Positions 19,075 to 28,068 are shown, counted from the first letter of the stretch. The stretch: DNA of 32,000 nucleotides from Desulfobulbus propionicus DSM 2032 (GCF_000186885.1 NC_014972.1:3540001-3572000); one strand, 5' to 3'. A program made the numbers and translations. The notes: generated by a model not told the origin, from the letters alone.

Positions 19075-20038
19075 GGCAAGACTCCGTAGCCGACGGGCGA
19101 TTGTGCTGCATCGCCAGGGCCGGGTGGCTGAAAAATCCCCGCGAGGAGGATCTGTAGATGGCAAGCCCCATAAAATCGGCACGCAGGGCGCGGTCTTCCG
19201 GGCAGTGCTCAATGCACTTCAGGCAGAGGATGCAATCGCCAAAGGTCACGTCGACCCGCCCCCGCGAGCTGAACACCTCGGTGATCTCCATGGGGCAGAC
19301 ATCGGCGCAGATGCGGCAGTGGGTGCAGGTGGCATCCTCCTTCTTCAATTTCAACAGACTCCAGCGCCGGTACCAGGACATCAGCAAGCCCAGCGGGCAA
19401 TACGGGCACCAGAAGCGGCGTTTGACCAAGGCGCCGATGATGGCCATCAGCGAAAAGAGCAGGCCCAGCGAGGACATCACCAGCCGGGTGGTGCTTTCAA
19501 AGTCGACCAGGATGCGATCCGGCGAAAAGGTGATCAGCGGCAGGATGTACTTGCCGGGGCACAACTGGCAAAAAGGGATGAACAGATCCAAGGCCACCGA
19601 GGGAAAGAACACCGGAAAGGCCACCCACAGCGGAATGAGCACGGCAATGGCCAGGAAGATCCACTTGGCCCAGCCAAGCCGCTGCCGCAATCGTTGATCA
19701 AAACGGGCAAAGCCCATGCCGAGCGCGCGCCGCAGCCGGTCCATCAGGTCCTGGAAAAACCCAAGCGGACAGATCCAGCCGCACCAGGCCCGGCCGATCA
19801 ACAGCACCAGCAGGCTGAACCAGAAGAAGCGTTCGAGAAAGAGCTGCATCTCCGCCCAGGTAAACGAGCCGAGGCTGGTTTGCAACGGCAGAAAAAAGCA
19901 GGTGCCGGCCCGGGTAGGCACAAAACAGCAGGAAAAGGTGGGCAGAAAACTGCCCAGATGCAACCCGGCACAGGCGCCAAAGAGCAAGATTGCAAAGGAA
20001 GTGGCCAAGATTAGCCAGCGGAGGTGAGCGATACGCAC
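19067..20038 (-). CDS. NapH/MauN/YccM-type membrane-bound polyferredoxin (323 aa)
   Basis: TM helices are present, with WCGWICPLG and FWCPYCPLG (CxxxCP/CxxCP) motifs. Two ferredoxin motifs follow: CTHCRICADVCP and CILCLKCIEHCP. The start is assigned to GTG 20036-20038, 2 nt after the upstream stop, with AAGGAGGAG just upstream. The longer ORF-track start would overlap the upstream gene by 150 nt. Confidence 0.8.
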   Translation of the reverse strand: MRIAHLRWLILATSFAILLFGACAGLHLGSFLPTFSCCFVPTRAGTCFFLPLQTSLGSFTWAEMQLFLERFFWFSLLVLLIGRAWCGWICPLGFFQDLMDRLRRALGMGFARFDQRLRQRLGWAKWIFLAIAVLIPLWVAFPVFFPSVALDLFIPFCQLCPGKYILPLITFSPDRILVDFESTTRLVMSSLGLLFSLMAIIGALVKRRFWCPYCPLGLLMSWYRRWSLLKLKKEDATCTHCRICADVCPMEITEVFSSRGRVDVTFGDCILCLKCIEHCPEDRALRADFMGLAIYRSSSRGFFSHPALAMQHNRPSATESCHE

Positions 20039-20040
20039 GG

Positions 20041-21048
20041 CTACTCCTCCTTGACGCGGCACTGCGCAAAGCGCACCAGGCCCAGCCGCTGCTGCCGCCG
20101 CTTCCCCAGCATGGCCCCGCCTACCAGCAGCAGGGTACCGCCGAGACCGAGCCCGGCCCAGACCATGTAACCAGCCACATGGCTGGTCCACTCCGGCCGG
20201 TTACGGAAGATGATCATCGGCAGGGTGGCGACATGGAGGGCCTGATGTTCCGGGTCTTCGACCCTGACCACATAGAGCAGCTTATCGTAGTGGAGCTGCT
20301 TAGAGCGGTCGTCAAAGGGAATGACTGTGAAGCGGCCGGAGGCATCGGTACGATAGCTCCGGCGCCAGCCGCTGCCCTCGGCAATCGCCTCGACCATGGC
20401 CCCGGCCAGGGGACGCCCCTGATAGCGTACCTCCATGCCATACTCCTCGTGCGGGCGCTGGAAACCGCCCCCCATGCGGTACATGGCCGGTGAACGGGCT
20501 GAACCGATCTCCAGGGCGATGGCGGGATCCTCGAAGAAGAAGGCCGGGGCCGATCCGGGACGTCCGTCATGCTTGTAATGGCCGACCATCAGCTTGGGAT
20601 AGAGGTGGAGCCGTTGCCGACCACCATTCCCATCAAGCTGAAAATGACCACCCACCAGATAGCGGCCATTGAGGTTGAGGTCCTCAGGCAGGACGATTTC
20701 CCGCATGTCCGGGCTTACCGTTGTTGCCTTGCGGACTCCGTCCGGATCGCAGATGACCACCGTACCCGCCGGCAGCAGGGCCTCGGCCTCCTGCCCCATG
20801 GCGATGAAGGGATCGGCCAATACGCCCCGCACCAGTTCCAGGTGTTTGGGTTTCTCCTGGACACTCTGTCGCTGTTCGCGCTCCTCTCGGATCTGTCGCC
20901 AGTTGAGGTTGTCCATCGCAAAACGGTAGACGTGGAGGCCTTCCTGTTGCAGTTGCCAATAGAGGAGTTTGGGCGCATCTGCGCCAGAGCCAATTTGGGG
21001 AACAAACCCTACTATTATCAAGAGGAAAAAACGTAGCGGCCCCTTCAT
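20041..21048 (-). CDS. Periplasmic protein with signal peptide and C-terminal TM anchor (335 aa); function unknown
   Basis: From ATG 21046-21048 the protein starts with the signal peptide MKGPLRFFLLIIVGFVPQIGSGA. A beta-rich body includes a carboxypeptidase-regulatory/transthyretin-like stretch (GRPLAGAMVEAIAEGSGWRRSYRTDASGRFTV). The C-terminal TM segment is VWAGLGLGGTLLLVGGAML, followed by a basic tail. The ATG overlaps the CobN-like stop (ATGA). Confidence 0.65.
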   Translation of the reverse strand: MKGPLRFFLLIIVGFVPQIGSGADAPKLLYWQLQQEGLHVYRFAMDNLNWRQIREEREQRQSVQEKPKHLELVRGVLADPFIAMGQEAEALLPAGTVVICDPDGVRKATTVSPDMREIVLPEDLNLNGRYLVGGHFQLDGNGGRQRLHLYPKLMVGHYKHDGRPGSAPAFFFEDPAIALEIGSARSPAMYRMGGGFQRPHEEYGMEVRYQGRPLAGAMVEAIAEGSGWRRSYRTDASGRFTVIPFDDRSKQLHYDKLLYVVRVEDPEHQALHVATLPMIIFRNRPEWTSHVAGYMVWAGLGLGGTLLLVGGAMLGKRRQQRLGLVRFAQCRVKEE

Positions 21049-24000
21049 TGTCCCAGCCTCTCCAGACGCCATACCGGTCGCCACTTCTCGACATCAGCAG
21101 CGGTCATGACCTCAACCTTGGAGCCCTGGAACTCCTCGCGTACCTCGCCGATACTTTCCTCCATGTCACCCTCGATTAACAGCGCCGCCTCCTGCACTGC
21201 GGCCAGCCGTTCGGCATCGGCCTGCCACAGGCCCCGGCTCTGGGCTTCAAGCAGACGGCGGGTGATCTCCTCCAGGCCGTAGGGGTTTTCGCGGCGCAGC
21301 CATTCTAGATTGGTCTGATCCTGAATGTAGGTGGTCACCACCCGGTCAAAGACCCAACCGGCCACGGTTTCGGTGGTGGCACTCCATTTGAACAGGGTGT
21401 TGACCCGGCCGGCCACCTCGCCCGCGCCCTGGTAGCCCTCCTGTTGGCGCTGATCGATCCAGTGCGGGTTGAGCAGTTTGGCCATGGTCGTGGCCTCCAG
21501 ATCTTCCTGAAAGTCCCGCACCGAATGATCGGCCTCGCTGTTGTTGTCGGCAAAGTAGATCCGGGCCCGTTTGCCGGTCAAGGCCTTGGCCGCCACCGAC
21601 ATGCCGCCGAGACAACCGGTGTAGCAACTACAGTCGGTGGCATCGTACTCCGGCGAGGCTTGGCGCATATAGCTCACCTCCACATCTTTGAGGCGGGCGG
21701 CAAAGAGGCGATGCGCCGCCACGCCCTGAACACGTTCAAACCCACTGATCCGGTCCGAACCGTAGGCAAAGCCACTCCAGTTGATATAGGTCTCGGCCAA
21801 ATCGGCCTCATCGTTCCAGGCTGAAGCATCCAAAGCCAGACCAACCCCGGTGCCGCTGGCCCCAGGAGCCGAAGAAAAGACCCGGAAGCTGGCCATTCGC
21901 CGCAGTTCTTCGCCGCTGTGCTGCTCACCCAGTTCCCGGCGTAACTCGTCGAGTTGTTCCAGGGTGTGTTTGCGGATGAAATTCTGTTCAATCGGTTCAG
22001 GCAGATCCCCGGCCATGACGGCGGCCTCGTCGAGCAGGTCAGCAAAGTGCGGCACCATGTCGCGGAGGATGGAACTGGTCTGGATGACCACATCCACCCG
22101 CGGCCGGAGCACACCGGGGCCGTCGGTGCGATCCAGTTGCAGTACGTGCAAGGGGATGGGTTCAACTCCGCAGACCCGGCCGTTTGCTTGCCAGAGAGGC
22201 CGCATACCCATCAGGGCCAGGATCTGGCAGAAGACCTCGCCGTCGGACTTGAAGGCATCGATGCTCCACAGGCTGATGCCCACGCTCTCGGGGAAACGCC
22301 CCTCGTCCTCGAGGTATTTGCGCAAAAGATTATCCGAGAGCGCCTGTCCCACCTCCCAGGCGGCCCGCGTGGGGAGGGCGGCAACATCGCTGGTGAAAAA
22401 ATTGCGCCCCGTGGGAAGGGCCTCGGTCTTGCCCAGGGCCAGGGAGCCACAGAGGCCCGGCTCGATGTACTCGCCGTCCAGGGCGCGAAGCAGTTGACCA
22501 ATCTCACGGGTGCAAAGGCCGATGCGGCCCCCCACATCCTGGCACCAATCCAGGAGTCGGCGAAACGGTTGCTGGCCGGGCTCCGCTTTGCAGCCGTCCT
22601 TTGTCGTTGTCAGCAACCATTCGAGCACGGCCACGGCATCGTCAAACGCATTGCCCGAGGACGGCTGATGATGGGCAGCGATCTCCGCCAACAGGGGCAG
22701 GCCGTCCACTGGTTTGCCAAGGATGGTGGCCAACAGAGTGGCAATGCCGTGGCTGTCCGGGGCTGTTCCCAACAGATGTGGGCCGGTGGCAGAAAGGACG
22801 CGTCGGCTCCGGCCAATCCGGCGGGAGAGCAGCTCCATTGCCCGATCAAAATCCTCCTCCCCTTCCAGACCGCCCATTTGCTGCATCAGCGGCTGCATTC
22901 GTGCCCGCAGCACCTGCTGCCGCTGGTTTTCCCCGTGCAGTTTTGCCTTCTGGTACTGGTCAAGCAGGTCTTCCAACTCCAGGGTCATGGCATCCAGCGG
23001 CGCCGGCCGACGAACCGGGCAGAGATGATCGACCATCACCGCCCTGGCCCGCCGCTTGGCCATCAGCCCTTCGCCCGGCACATCCATGATGTAGAGGTAG
23101 ATGTTGGGCAGATCGCCCAGGCTTATCTCCGGAAAACAGGCTGCCGAGAGTCCGACCTGCTTGCCCGGCAAAAATTCGAGCGCCCCATGGGCACCGAAAT
23201 GGAGCACCGCATCCGAGGTGGCACGGATATAGGCGTAGGTGGCCAACCAGTGTGGTGGTGGCGAGAGGTGCGGATCATGGAGGATGCGGCAGACCTCGCC
23301 GTTGCACTTGGCTCCGTAGCAGCCGCGCTTGGGCTGGACAATGATCTGGAGATGACCAAAGCGCAGGCCGGTCACCAACAAAGTGGCCTGGCCGTCTTGC
23401 CGGTACACCATGCCCTCGCCGGGAAAGCGGCCCCAGTCGTTTTCAACCCGCTGCCTGGCCGCCTCGGGCATATCTGTTAGTAATTGCAGGTATTCCTCCG
23501 CATCCACCCGGTGCAGCACCCCACCCTTGGCCACGATCTCGTCGGTGGTGGTCCAACGGAACTCGGAGATGGCCTTGCGTGCGAGCAGCAGATCGAGCAG
23601 TGCTTTGCCGTCCTCCGGGGCATTGCCGGTATCGTAGCCCGCCTCGCGCAGGGCGGTGATCAGGGCCGCCAGACTGGCAAAGGTATCCAGACCGGCGGCC
23701 AGCCCCAGGGTGGCTTCCACGCCCTTGCAGGGATTGTTGTGCAGCACAATGGTCAGCCGCTTTTCATCATTGTCGAGCAGGCGTAGGCGGATCCAGCGAT
23801 GCAGCCGCAGGCAGAGCCGCTCGATCTGTTCCGGCAGAGGGATATATCGTCGCAGCAACAGCCCGGTGACGGGATCGGTTTCCCCTCTGGTGGCAGCCAC
23901 GGCGGTGGGCTCGATCACTCCGGCCATCTCCGGCTGGGTGAGGCTGAAAACCATGGATGCGGCGCCCGCCCCCGCGCCGGTGACATCCTGGCGCCACTGC

Positions 24001-24821
24001 TCGGGCGTTTGCTGGTAGAGACGCAGCAGTTGCACCACCGGCAGATTCAGTTCCTTCAGGATGGTGACATCCTCGGGCTGGGTGAGAAGGCGGCCGGCAA
24101 GAAGGTTGAGCAGCAACTGCGGCGCTGCGCCCCGCAGATACTCCAGCCAGGGATACCGTTGCTCCGGGGGCAGGCTGCTGTCAGTCATGCCCTCGGTGAC
24201 CACACACAGCGGCGTTAGGGCCTGGCATTCCAGGGCCTGGATGAGGGCGTCGATTTCAGCGTGGTTGTTCTCGACAATCTGTCCGTAATAACAGAGCAAC
24301 GCCACCAGGGGCCGCTTGACGGTGTCGCTGATGCGGCTGCACTGCCAGCGCAGATAGTCGCTGGTATCAAAGAAAAACGTATCGTGTTCAGCATGATAGA
24401 TGCCGCAGGTCCGTACCTGCTCCGGCGGATCGATGTGGTGATCCGTTCCCGTGGCGCAAGCGACGAGAAAATGGATCCCATTGACAAAGTTGGCCAGCGA
24501 AACCTGCTCCAGATAGGCGGAAAATCGCACGGCCTGCTTCGCAGTGAAAGTGGTGAAGCCGGGTTGCCGCTGCGGCCCGAGATCGATGCGGTGCGGCAGT
24601 GAGCTTGCCGCCTCCAGCAGCGCCTCATACTGCGGTAAATCGCGAAACAACTGGACAATGCAGAGATCAGCCCAACCGCTTGCCATCAGCTTAATTGCCT
24701 CCCCGGCCTTGACATGCTGGGCATAAAAGCGCAGCTCAACCCCCTCGGCGAGCAACAGGGCGTATGCACGGGACCAAGTCTGGGTCTGGAACATCTGTCC
24801 GTGGACAAAGAGAATCTTCAT
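21045..24821 (-). CDS. CobN/ChlH/BchH-family large chelatase-like protein (1258 aa)
   Basis: Size and collinear blocks are typical of CobN. These include HFGAHGALEFLPGKQ, NIYLYIMDVPGEGLMAKRRARAVMVDHL, ALDGEYIEPGLCGSL.GK.EALPTGRNFF, SLWSIDAFKSDGE and RVDVVIQTSSILRD. No signal peptide is present. The start is taken at MKILFVHG (ATG 24819-24821, AGGAGG upstream), overlapping the upstream stop (ATGA). Confidence 0.9.
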   Translation of the reverse strand: MKILFVHGQMFQTQTWSRAYALLLAEGVELRFYAQHVKAGEAIKLMASGWADLCIVQLFRDLPQYEALLEAASSLPHRIDLGPQRQPGFTTFTAKQAVRFSAYLEQVSLANFVNGIHFLVACATGTDHHIDPPEQVRTCGIYHAEHDTFFFDTSDYLRWQCSRISDTVKRPLVALLCYYGQIVENNHAEIDALIQALECQALTPLCVVTEGMTDSSLPPEQRYPWLEYLRGAAPQLLLNLLAGRLLTQPEDVTILKELNLPVVQLLRLYQQTPEQWRQDVTGAGAGAASMVFSLTQPEMAGVIEPTAVAATRGETDPVTGLLLRRYIPLPEQIERLCLRLHRWIRLRLLDNDEKRLTIVLHNNPCKGVEATLGLAAGLDTFASLAALITALREAGYDTGNAPEDGKALLDLLLARKAISEFRWTTTDEIVAKGGVLHRVDAEEYLQLLTDMPEAARQRVENDWGRFPGEGMVYRQDGQATLLVTGLRFGHLQIIVQPKRGCYGAKCNGEVCRILHDPHLSPPPHWLATYAYIRATSDAVLHFGAHGALEFLPGKQVGLSAACFPEISLGDLPNIYLYIMDVPGEGLMAKRRARAVMVDHLCPVRRPAPLDAMTLELEDLLDQYQKAKLHGENQRQQVLRARMQPLMQQMGGLEGEEDFDRAMELLSRRIGRSRRVLSATGPHLLGTAPDSHGIATLLATILGKPVDGLPLLAEIAAHHQPSSGNAFDDAVAVLEWLLTTTKDGCKAEPGQQPFRRLLDWCQDVGGRIGLCTREIGQLLRALDGEYIEPGLCGSLALGKTEALPTGRNFFTSDVAALPTRAAWEVGQALSDNLLRKYLEDEGRFPESVGISLWSIDAFKSDGEVFCQILALMGMRPLWQANGRVCGVEPIPLHVLQLDRTDGPGVLRPRVDVVIQTSSILRDMVPHFADLLDEAAVMAGDLPEPIEQNFIRKHTLEQLDELRRELGEQHSGEELRRMASFRVFSSAPGASGTGVGLALDASAWNDEADLAETYINWSGFAYGSDRISGFERVQGVAAHRLFAARLKDVEVSYMRQASPEYDATDCSCYTGCLGGMSVAAKALTGKRARIYFADNNSEADHSVRDFQEDLEATTMAKLLNPHWIDQRQQEGYQGAGEVAGRVNTLFKWSATTETVAGWVFDRVVTTYIQDQTNLEWLRRENPYGLEEITRRLLEAQSRGLWQADAERLAAVQEAALLIEGDMEESIGEVREEFQGSKVEVMTAADVEKWRPVWRLERLGQ

Positions 24822-26386
24822 GTCAAGCCTCCTGGTTGAGCAATGGCCCACCGGTCAAGAGGCACCTGGTGATTTGGCGAGTAGTGCCGCAACAGTGTTG
24901 GGTAATCGATTCTGTCCTGGAAGCGCTTCACCCTTGTTTTTCTGGTATCAAGGATGACGCCACCGTTTTCTCCCTGCTGAACAAGGGTTTCCTGCCAGCG
25001 TTGGTGGCCTTCCGGGGGTAACCATATCCCCGCCCCCCCGGCTGAGATCACCACCACCGCCACCTGTTCGACGGTACGGGCTCCACCAAGCAATTGGACC
25101 GCATCGGTGAATGAACGGCTGAAAATAACGACCACATCAGCACCCTCTTTGGCACAGGCCAACACCATTTCCGGGTGATAGAGCGCTCTTTCCGGCAAAA
25201 GATGAATCCTTGCAGGCCCGCAATCGCAACAGGGGAAAGGAATGGGCATTGCAACAGAGTCGCTGAAAACACCTAAAGAGAAAGGCCTCGTGTGACCATC
25301 AAACCAATAAACAGCCTTCACCGCCTCCATTGTTCGCACAAGCAGAATTTTCTGCCCCTGGGATACGCACCAATCATGTAAGTTGGCCATGTCGGCATCA
25401 TCGTAATCGTTGATCGGAAGGAGGTGGAGCGTATCGGCACCCCCCTCCGAGTTCGGGTTCGTGTTTCTGATTGGCGGGATAGCACCTGCCTGTTCAGAAC
25501 AGTGACATCGAACCTCCAACTTCCCAGGCGGAGGCAAATGGAGAAATGTTGTCAAATCATCGATCCCAGTTCTGTTGAGCGTACAGGGATGAACGTGGTC
25601 AGTACTCCTTGAAGTCAGACGCTTGAGGCGATTGCCGGAGAGCAGTTTGTGGTCCGCATTGAGGGGCAAATTAATCCGCAGCAGCTTCGAGGTTCGGGAA
25701 CATTTCTGGAGTTGCACGATTCCTTGTGGACTGACGATGGCCGAAGGGGCGTGCCGGCAATCCATGAGCAGATCCTTGCCGGTGCGGTTGCAGGCAAGGA
25801 CGAACAGCCCATTTTCCAAGGCCCTAGCTCGCCATATTTCCAAGGGATCAAGTCCCAATGGAGGCCAGTTAGCGAGCACGAGTAACAGATTGGCGCCGCG
25901 AAGAGCCGTGACTCTTGCCATGAGACTATGATACGAGTCGGAGCAGATCAGTACCCCCATCCGTCCCCAAGGGGTATCAAATGTATTGTTTTCATAGGGA
26001 TTACCAGGACAGGCCCAACGGAATTCAGCATTCATCTTCCGATAGCGACAAACAATTTCTCCTTCCGCATCAAGGACAAATGCGCTGTTGTAGAGAATGC
26101 CATTTGCCGGGTCTCGCTCTGCCATGCCAATACAAGCGTACATGCCGTAATGACGGCAGATCTTACCGACCTCCGACAGGGTTGGGCCATCAACGGCTTC
26201 GACGTAGGGTGCGACATCCCGCATGTCGGCAAAAGAATATCCGGAGATAACCATTTCAGGGGCCACAACCATCTGTACCCCTTTTTTCCCGGCCACATGG
26301 CAGAGGTCCAGCAACTGCTGCCGGTTGGCCTCGGGCTGTTTGTATTCAACGGATAGATGCATCAAACCGAACTTCAGAAAAGCCAT
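24818..26386 (-). CDS. Carbon-nitrogen hydrolase (nitrilase-superfamily) protein with a second, apparently degenerate CN-hydrolase-like domain (522 aa)
   Basis: The N-terminal domain has an intact Glu-Lys-Cys triad context: VVAPEMVISGY, CRYRKMN and GVLICSDSYH. RARALENGLFVLACNR is also present. The C-terminal ~220 aa repeat the fold pattern (PERALYHPEMVLACAKEGADVVVIFS; GGARTVEQVAVVVISA), but the nucleophile position is unclear by eye. The start is taken at ATG 26384-26386 (GGAG 6 nt upstream). Confidence 0.8.
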   Translation of the reverse strand: MAFLKFGLMHLSVEYKQPEANRQQLLDLCHVAGKKGVQMVVAPEMVISGYSFADMRDVAPYVEAVDGPTLSEVGKICRHYGMYACIGMAERDPANGILYNSAFVLDAEGEIVCRYRKMNAEFRWACPGNPYENNTFDTPWGRMGVLICSDSYHSLMARVTALRGANLLLVLANWPPLGLDPLEIWRARALENGLFVLACNRTGKDLLMDCRHAPSAIVSPQGIVQLQKCSRTSKLLRINLPLNADHKLLSGNRLKRLTSRSTDHVHPCTLNRTGIDDLTTFLHLPPPGKLEVRCHCSEQAGAIPPIRNTNPNSEGGADTLHLLPINDYDDADMANLHDWCVSQGQKILLVRTMEAVKAVYWFDGHTRPFSLGVFSDSVAMPIPFPCCDCGPARIHLLPERALYHPEMVLACAKEGADVVVIFSRSFTDAVQLLGGARTVEQVAVVVISAGGAGIWLPPEGHQRWQETLVQQGENGGVILDTRKTRVKRFQDRIDYPTLLRHYSPNHQVPLDRWAIAQPGGLT

Positions 26387-26438
26387 GATCTGCTCCAATT
26401 ACGTCTGAACCATAGTGCAATGACCTTGATACACCTTT

Positions 26439-27494
26439 CTATTGATCCGCCATGCTGGCAGAAGCCAACGTTTGATACAAGGTGCAGGCCAGCGTGCGAA
26501 CGACTGGGGGATTGTACAACAGACGGCTGGGGCAATCATTGGGGCAACAGCCCGACAATGGGCACTCACCACAGTCCTGGCCGAAGGTTGATAGCTCCGC
26601 GGAAAGGATAACTGAGGAATAGTTCGCTTCCGGATCGATCACAAAGCGTTCGTCGCCCAGGGTCTGGTTGCAAGGGAACCAGCGGCCATCAGGATGAACC
26701 GCCAAGCTACCCCCTTGCGCTGCTTGACAGAAATTGCGGGGAGCCATTCGCCGATCACGGTGAAGCATCCGCCGTACCAGATCCCATTCGCGCAGCCGTA
26801 GTGGTATCTTCCGCTGCGTATTGATGGCTGCCAATGCCTTGGTCAGGGAACAAACGCCACCTTTCAGTGCTTCCGCTGTCGCAGGAATAGGTTTATATTC
26901 CACATTCTCGGCCGAGCCCTTCTTCACCAAGAGGTCAAGGCCGATCCCCCTGGCTTGACGGAAGGCAGAGAGTAACCAGGCCAGGCGGTCCAACTGCCCC
27001 ACGTTCTCACCTGAGACCACGGCAGTGACTCGGAAGGGGATTTGCTCCGACTCTAGCAGCATCAGCCCGCGGAGGGTCTCGGCAGCTTGGCCGCGCAAGG
27101 ATTGTTGTGTCTTGGGTGAACCATCAAGGCTGATGCCCACCTGGAGACCAAAGGTGCGACACAGTTCGATCACCTCGGGCGTCAAACAGGTACCATTACT
27201 TTGCAGTCCCATGGTGTACGGTCGCGACAGGCTCCTTGCCCGTTCACAGGCCTCTTCGATCAGATCCGGCACCAGGCAGGGTTCGCCCCCGGTCAGCTGA
27301 ATGTGCAACGGCCCGGAGCCGGAAGCCGCACGGGCAAAGGCACGCTCAAGAGTGGCACTGCCCATATCCTGCCGTCCCGGAGTATCACCATGATAGCAGT
27401 AGCGGCAACGCAGGTTACAGCGGGTGGTCAGGGCAAGAATCAGATAGTTGATTGATTGGGGGACAGCCGAGTGCGGCAAGGGAGGGGGCTTCAA
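26439..27494 (-). CDS. Radical SAM enzyme with C-terminal SPASM/twitch-type Cys-rich domain (351 aa)
   Basis: Motifs: LALTTRCNLRCRYCYHG (CxxxCxxC) and IQLTGGEPCL (GGE motif). The C-terminal Cys set is CQAAQGGSLAVHPDGRWFPC ... CGECPLSGCCPNDCP. There is no in-frame ATG or GTG before the cluster motif. The start is assigned to TTG 27492-27494, overlapping the cobO stop (TTGA). An alternative TTG lies at 27477-27479. Confidence 0.85.
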   Translation of the reverse strand: MKPPPLPHSAVPQSINYLILALTTRCNLRCRYCYHGDTPGRQDMGSATLERAFARAASGSGPLHIQLTGGEPCLVPDLIEEACERARSLSRPYTMGLQSNGTCLTPEVIELCRTFGLQVGISLDGSPKTQQSLRGQAAETLRGLMLLESEQIPFRVTAVVSGENVGQLDRLAWLLSAFRQARGIGLDLLVKKGSAENVEYKPIPATAEALKGGVCSLTKALAAINTQRKIPLRLREWDLVRRMLHRDRRMAPRNFCQAAQGGSLAVHPDGRWFPCNQTLGDERFVIDPEANYSSVILSAELSTFGQDCGECPLSGCCPNDCPSRLLYNPPVVRTLACTLYQTLASASMADQ

Positions 27495-28012
27495 AACTCG
27501 ATCCCCTTCTGGGCCTTGATGCCGCTCTTCAGGGGATGCTTGACCACCCGCATCTCGGTGACGAGATCAGCCGCCTCAATGAGGGCTTGCGGGGCGTAAC
27601 GACCGGTGATCAACACATGCTGCTCGGCACGGCGCGATGCAAGAAACTCCAGGCAGGGTGCAATCTCCAACATACGGTAATGGAGCAGGTAGGTGAACTC
27701 ATCAAGCACCACCAGATGATACTGGCCGCTGTCGATGGCCTGGCAGGCCAGGGCCCAGCCCTCACGGGCTAGGCGGATGTCCTCCTCCAGGCTCTCCGAT
27801 TTCCAGGTAAACCCACGTCCCATGACGTGCAAATCGATGCAATCATCAAAGCGTTTGACCGCCTCCAACTCGCCGTAGCGCCAACTGCCCTTGATGAACT
27901 GGATGAAACAGACCCGCAGCCCATGGCCCGCTGTCCGCAGGGCCATGCCTAGCGCAGCGGTGGTTTTGCCTTTGCCGTCGCCGGTGTGGATGATCAGTAA
28001 GCCTTTGGTCAT
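27491..28012 (-). CDS. cobO: Cob(I)yrinic acid a,c-diamide / cob(I)alamin adenosyltransferase, CobA/CobO/BtuR type (173 aa)
   Basis: The sequence MTKGLLIIHTGDGKGKTTAALGMALRTAGHGLRVCFIQFIKG...YGE...LVVLDEF...ITGR.AP..LIE.ADLVTEM..VKHP is a full-length match to the CobA/CobO P-loop family. The start is at ATG 28010-28012 with AAGGAA upstream. Confidence 0.9.
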   Translation of the reverse strand: MTKGLLIIHTGDGKGKTTAALGMALRTAGHGLRVCFIQFIKGSWRYGELEAVKRFDDCIDLHVMGRGFTWKSESLEEDIRLAREGWALACQAIDSGQYHLVVLDEFTYLLHYRMLEIAPCLEFLASRRAEQHVLITGRYAPQALIEAADLVTEMRVVKHPLKSGIKAQKGIEF

Positions 28013-28068
28013 TGGTGATTCCTTATTCCTGGAACGAATCGGTCTTTGCAAAGCGGCCATGCCGCCCT

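Noticed and set aside
18866-20014. 382-aa plus-strand ORF antisense to the NapH-like and HGD-D-like genes
   Set aside because: It is Arg/Gln/Lys/Pro-rich with low complexity and spans two well-supported minus-strand genes. It is a shadow ORF.
21954-23480. 508-aa plus-strand ORF (with neighbours 21850..22497 and 22601..23089) antisense to the CobN-like gene
   Set aside because: This is a typical high-GC shadow ORF. It is Gly/Arg/Ala/His/Pro-rich with low complexity, has no motifs and no RBS, and is fully nested antisense to a gene with strong family signatures.
21045-24821. Calling the 1258-aa protein cobN (the aerobic-pathway cobaltochelatase)
   Set aside because: Family membership is clear, but the specific function is not. 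No CobS/CobT partners are visible, the context is anaerobe-type, and the gene is receptor-linked. I therefore left the gene symbol empty.
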